Assembly (NCBI RefSeq): GCF_006345805.1
Contig: NC_042998.1
Coordinates: 154,628,001 to 154,692,000 of the forward strand
DNA: 64,000 nt
Reading direction: 5' to 3'
Origin: Octopus sinensis
Taxonomy: Eukaryota
The notes below the pieces were generated by a model. It worked only from the letters and a program-made list of their open reading frames with translations, ran no database searches and had not been told where the DNA came from. A program made the position numbers and the translations under genes. Positions 59,290 through 64,000 of this stretch are shown here, piece by piece (the first letter of the stretch is position 1; every line of letters starts with the position of its first letter).

Positions 59290-62200
59290 TTACCTATACA
59301 TCGATTTTCATACATACAAAGATTTTCATACAAACATAGATAACTATACATAGATTTTTATAAATACAAACAAATATTTTCATTCAAAGGTTTTCATACA
59401 TAGATTTTTATATGAACATGGATATTCCTACAAAAATGTTTATACAGATTTTCAAACATACATAGATTTTTCGTACATACATACATTTTCATACGTACAT
59501 AGATTTTCATACATAGATTTGTATTTTCCTGCATGTATGTATGAAAAGCTATGTAGGAAAATGTATGAATATCTATCTATGAAAATATGTAAGAAATAAA
59601 TTCTACTTAGTAAAGTCTGTATGTGTAAAAGCAAATGCATGTATGAATCTGTGTATGTTTAAAAATCAATGTCTAAAATTCTACATTAAAATTCCACCTA
59701 TGAAAATCTATAAAATATATGTATGTATGAAAATCGAGGTATGTTTGAAATCTAGGTATGTATGAAATCCATTTTCATGCATAGATCTCTATACATACAT
59801 ACTTTTCCATAACTACGTACATATCTACATTTCCATATCTGCATACATTTTCATATATCTGCATAATTTCATACATACATACACACATAGATAATTATAA
59901 AAATCTATATATAAAAATACATATATGAAAATGTATGAAAATGTATTTACATGTATGAAAATCCCTGTATAAAAATCAATGTATGAAAATCTATATATGA
60001 ATATCTAGATATGTAATAAAATCTAGATGTGAAAATCTAAGTAATGAATGCATGTTTAAAAATCTACGTATCTGTGGAGAGCAAGATTTAGAGAAATCTA
60101 CGTATAGATTTTCATACCTCGATCCCTATAAATTTTCATAACAGGATTTCATAGATTTTCATAGATTGATTTTTAATTTATTCATACTTAAGTTTTTATA
60201 TGGAAATATATTTTCATCTATTTATGAAAATCTAAGCATGAAAATCTATGCTCTAAAACTATATAAATCCATATATAAAAATGTATGTATGAAAATATCT
60301 GAAAATTTTTAGATTTTCATGCTTTGATACCTATATTTACATACCTATATTTTACTACATTTTCTAGGTATAAAAATTTATATAAGTATAAAAATCTATT
60401 TCTTACATCAATGTATGTATATATGACAATTTTCATACAAAGATTTTCATGCATCCATAGAATACACACAGACATTTTCATACAAAATCAATGTACGAAA
60501 ATCATACATACATAAATGAAAATCTATGTTTAAAAATCTACGTTTGTATGAAAATCTATATGAATTTCTGACGATTTTTATACATAGATTTTCATGCATA
60601 GATTTTGATACTTTGATTTTTATCTATGTACGTAAATTTGTATGAATATTCCTATACATTCTTACATACATATATTTTTATTCCTAGAATGTATGTATGA
60701 ATATACATTTTCATACCTAGATTTTAATCCATACATAGATTCCATACCTTTTGATACATAGGTTTTTATACGTACGTAATCATACTGCATAGGTATTTTA
60801 CTGCTTAGGTATAAAAATCTATGTCTTAAAATCAATGGATGTATGTATGAATATATATGTATGATTTTGCATACTTTCATACATACATAGATAGGTAAAA
60901 AAATCTAGGTATGAAAATTCATGTCGTATAAAAATCTAGATATACAATTTAATGTAACGTATAGAAACGTATGCATAAAAATCTATATATGAAAATAATT
61001 GTCAAAATCTATATAAAATAATTGTCAAATCTTTATATATATATATGTATATATGAATATCCAGGTACCAAAATCTAGAAAATCTACGTAAGTCAACGTA
61101 TGTATGACAATTTCATACATATATTTTCATGCATCCACAAATTTTTATACATCAAATTTCATAGTTAAATACATATGTACATACATTCTCATACATTGAT
61201 CCTTATACATTGTCATAACTAGATTTCATACATTAATTTTCGTACGTTTTCATAGATTTTTATAAATATATAGATTTTCATACGTAGCTATATAAATTTA
61301 TATATGTGTAAATATCTAGGTATAAAAATCCATGAAAGTACAAAATCATATCTATGTATAAAAATCTAAGCATGAAAATATATTTATGTTTCAAAACCGA
61401 TCTATAAAAATCGATATATGTAGGAAAACTATGTATGTAGGAAAATCTACATAAGTATAAAAATCTATACACCAATGGAATGTATGTATAAAAATTTATC
61501 TAGATTTTAAAATCTGAAAATCTATGTAAACCTAGGTATTAAACTCAATTTATGCATGACAACTTTCATACATAAATTTTCATGCATCCAGAAATTTTCC
61601 TATATCGAATTTCATATTATGATACATATCTACATACAAGCATGAAAATTCATGTCGTATAAAAATCTAGATATACAATTTAATGTAAATCTATGTATAA
61701 AAACGTATGCATATGAATGTATACATTGTCTTAAAATCATTATGTATATATGAAAAATCTATGTATGATTATCAAGGCATCAAAATCTAGATATGTAGGA
61801 ATATCTGTGTGAAAATCTACGTAAGTCAACGTATGTATGACAATTTCATACATAGATTTTCATGCATCCATAAATTTTTATACATCAAATTTCATATTTA
61901 AATACATATATGTACATACATTCTCATACATTGATCCTTATACATTTCAAAACCCATCAGCCCTCTATTAGACAAAAAACTCACATTTTCTTCAGACATG
62001 AGATGGTGGCATTATTCCTATGTATGACAGAAACTGCACTAGTTAAATATATAGATTTTCATGCATAGATAGGTATAAAAATTTATATATGTATAAATAT
62101 ATAGGTATGAAAATCCATGAAAGTACAAAATCATATATATATATATATATGTAGGTATAAAAACTATTTATGTAGGAAAACTGTATATGTGGGAAAATCT

Positions 62201-64000
62201 GTGTGAAAATCTACGTAAGTCAACGTATGTACGACAATTTCATACATAGATTTTCATGCATCTAGAAATTTTCATACATCGAATTTCATATTATGATAAA
62301 TATCGACATACAACCATTTTGATGACTAGATCTTTATACATGCATACATTTCCATACATTGTCATATATTTGCATTCTTTCATACATAGGTATCAAAAAT
62401 CTATGTATGAAAATCTCGGTATGAAAATTCATGTCGTATAAAAATCTAGATATACAATTTAATGTAAATCTATGTATAAAAACGTATGCATATAAATGTA
62501 TACATTGTCTTAAAATCTTGTCTATGTATATATGAAAAATCTATGTATGAATGTCAAGGCATCAAAATCTAGATACGTAAGAAAATCTGTGTGAAAATCT
62601 ACGTAAGTCAACGTATGTATGACAATTTCATACATATTTTCATGCATCCATAAATTTTTATACATCAAATTTCATATTTAAATACATATATGTACATACA
62701 TTCTCATACATTGATCCTTATACATTTTCATAATTAGATTTCATACATTAATTTTCATACGTTTTCAGATCTTTTATATATATTGTTACCGAACGGACGG
62801 AATCACCCGTCGTCGTCTGTCCCGAACGGCTCACACATGTTCCGCCACGGAACCCAAAGAGGCGGAGAGAGGAGATACAGATAGATACTGCCACAACCTC
62901 AACAGAACAGAGATACAGAGGCACATACCGAGATACAACCCAAAGAGGCAAGGCAACAACTGGCAACACTGGCTTATATTCAACCAATAGTTAATACAAC
63001 AATTACAATTGTTACAACATCAAGATACATCAAAGCATGTACGTGACTACTCAATACATAATACAACAGCATTTCAAGAGTACAACAGTTCTTTAAAGTC
63101 TCTTCCTAAACATCACAATCAACAAGTCCTTCTCCTCCTTCACAATGTCCTTTATCGACCACATCGACAGAGTCCTTGACTGTTCTTTTCAATGTTCAAT
63201 ACACCGTGACACATATCAATGCACAAACACATACCTCAATTCTGCCAGTGTCCCATTCCTCTCAATACTGCTAATGCCTCTGTATAAAAACTATATATGT
63301 AGGAAAACTGTATATGTAGTGTGAAAATCTACATAAGTATATAAATCTGTATATCAAATGAATGTATGTATAAAAATTTATCTAGATTTTAAAATCTGAA
63401 AATCTATATAAACCTAGGTATAAAAGTCAATTTATGCATGACAACTTTCATACATAGATTTTCATGCATCCAGAAATTTTATATGTATTTTATATGTATG
63501 AAAACTATATATGTAGGTATAAAAACTATATATGTAGGAAAATCTAAGTGTCAAAATCTATATGTATAAAAATCTATCTAGATTTTAAAATTTGAAAATC
63601 TATGGAAATCTACGTCAATGGAAACTTTCATACATAGATTTTCATTCATACAGAAATATTCATACATTGATTTTCCTATTTTCATAGCTAGATTCCATAC
63701 CTGAATTTTCATGCGTTTGCATAGGTAGACTTTTATAACTATCAAAGTATAAAAATCTTTGAAAGTACAAAAATCAATGTATGAAAATCTATACATGAAA
63801 GAAAATCTATTTATATTTAAAAATCTATATATAAAAATCTACGTAATTCTGAAAATCTCCGTATAAAAATCTATGTATAAAAATCTAGGTATGAAAATTC
63901 GTCGTATAAAAATCTAGATATACAACTAATATTAAATCTATGTATAAAAACGTATGCATAAAAATGTATACATGTATATAAGAAAATAATTGTCTAAAAA
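59290..64000. repeat. Complex AT-rich satellite-like block; 60783-64000 duplicates 43992-47194
   Basis: Same motifs. Near-identical colinear copy including the LTR-like insert (62784-63279). Confidence 0.9.

Overview
AT-rich, repeat-dense animal genomic DNA. The SINE/RTE/(TA)n repertoire looks cephalopod (Octopus-like); this is an inference and no search was run. Two host genes are visible on the + strand, both incomplete. One is three phase-compatible 5' exons of an ASK1-type MAP3K (220-349, 14785-15004, 20616-20797). The other is four internal exons of phosphoacetylglucosamine mutase PGM3 (36013-43501). The introns are filled with mobile elements: a Ty3/gypsy LTR element with an RTE LINE nested in its 3' LTR, further RTE remnants, a mariner derivative, a piggyBac-type MITE, Helitron helicase remnants, tRNA-derived SINEs and an R4-type LINE fragment. 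There are also two divergent copies of a CR1-clade LINE whose ORF1 combines a Myb/SANT-like domain with a CCCH zinc finger, and Penelope-type hammerhead ribozyme motifs. One hammerhead is canonical and sits inside a ~250-bp foldback; two carry a compensatory U3-A8 core. After a 100-N gap (43892-43991) the window is a complex AT-rich satellite-like block. It contains an LTR-like insert, a perfect palindrome, a 3-kb CpG-rich tandem array and a ~16.8-kb-offset duplication. Most short ORFs in the ORF track are spurious.
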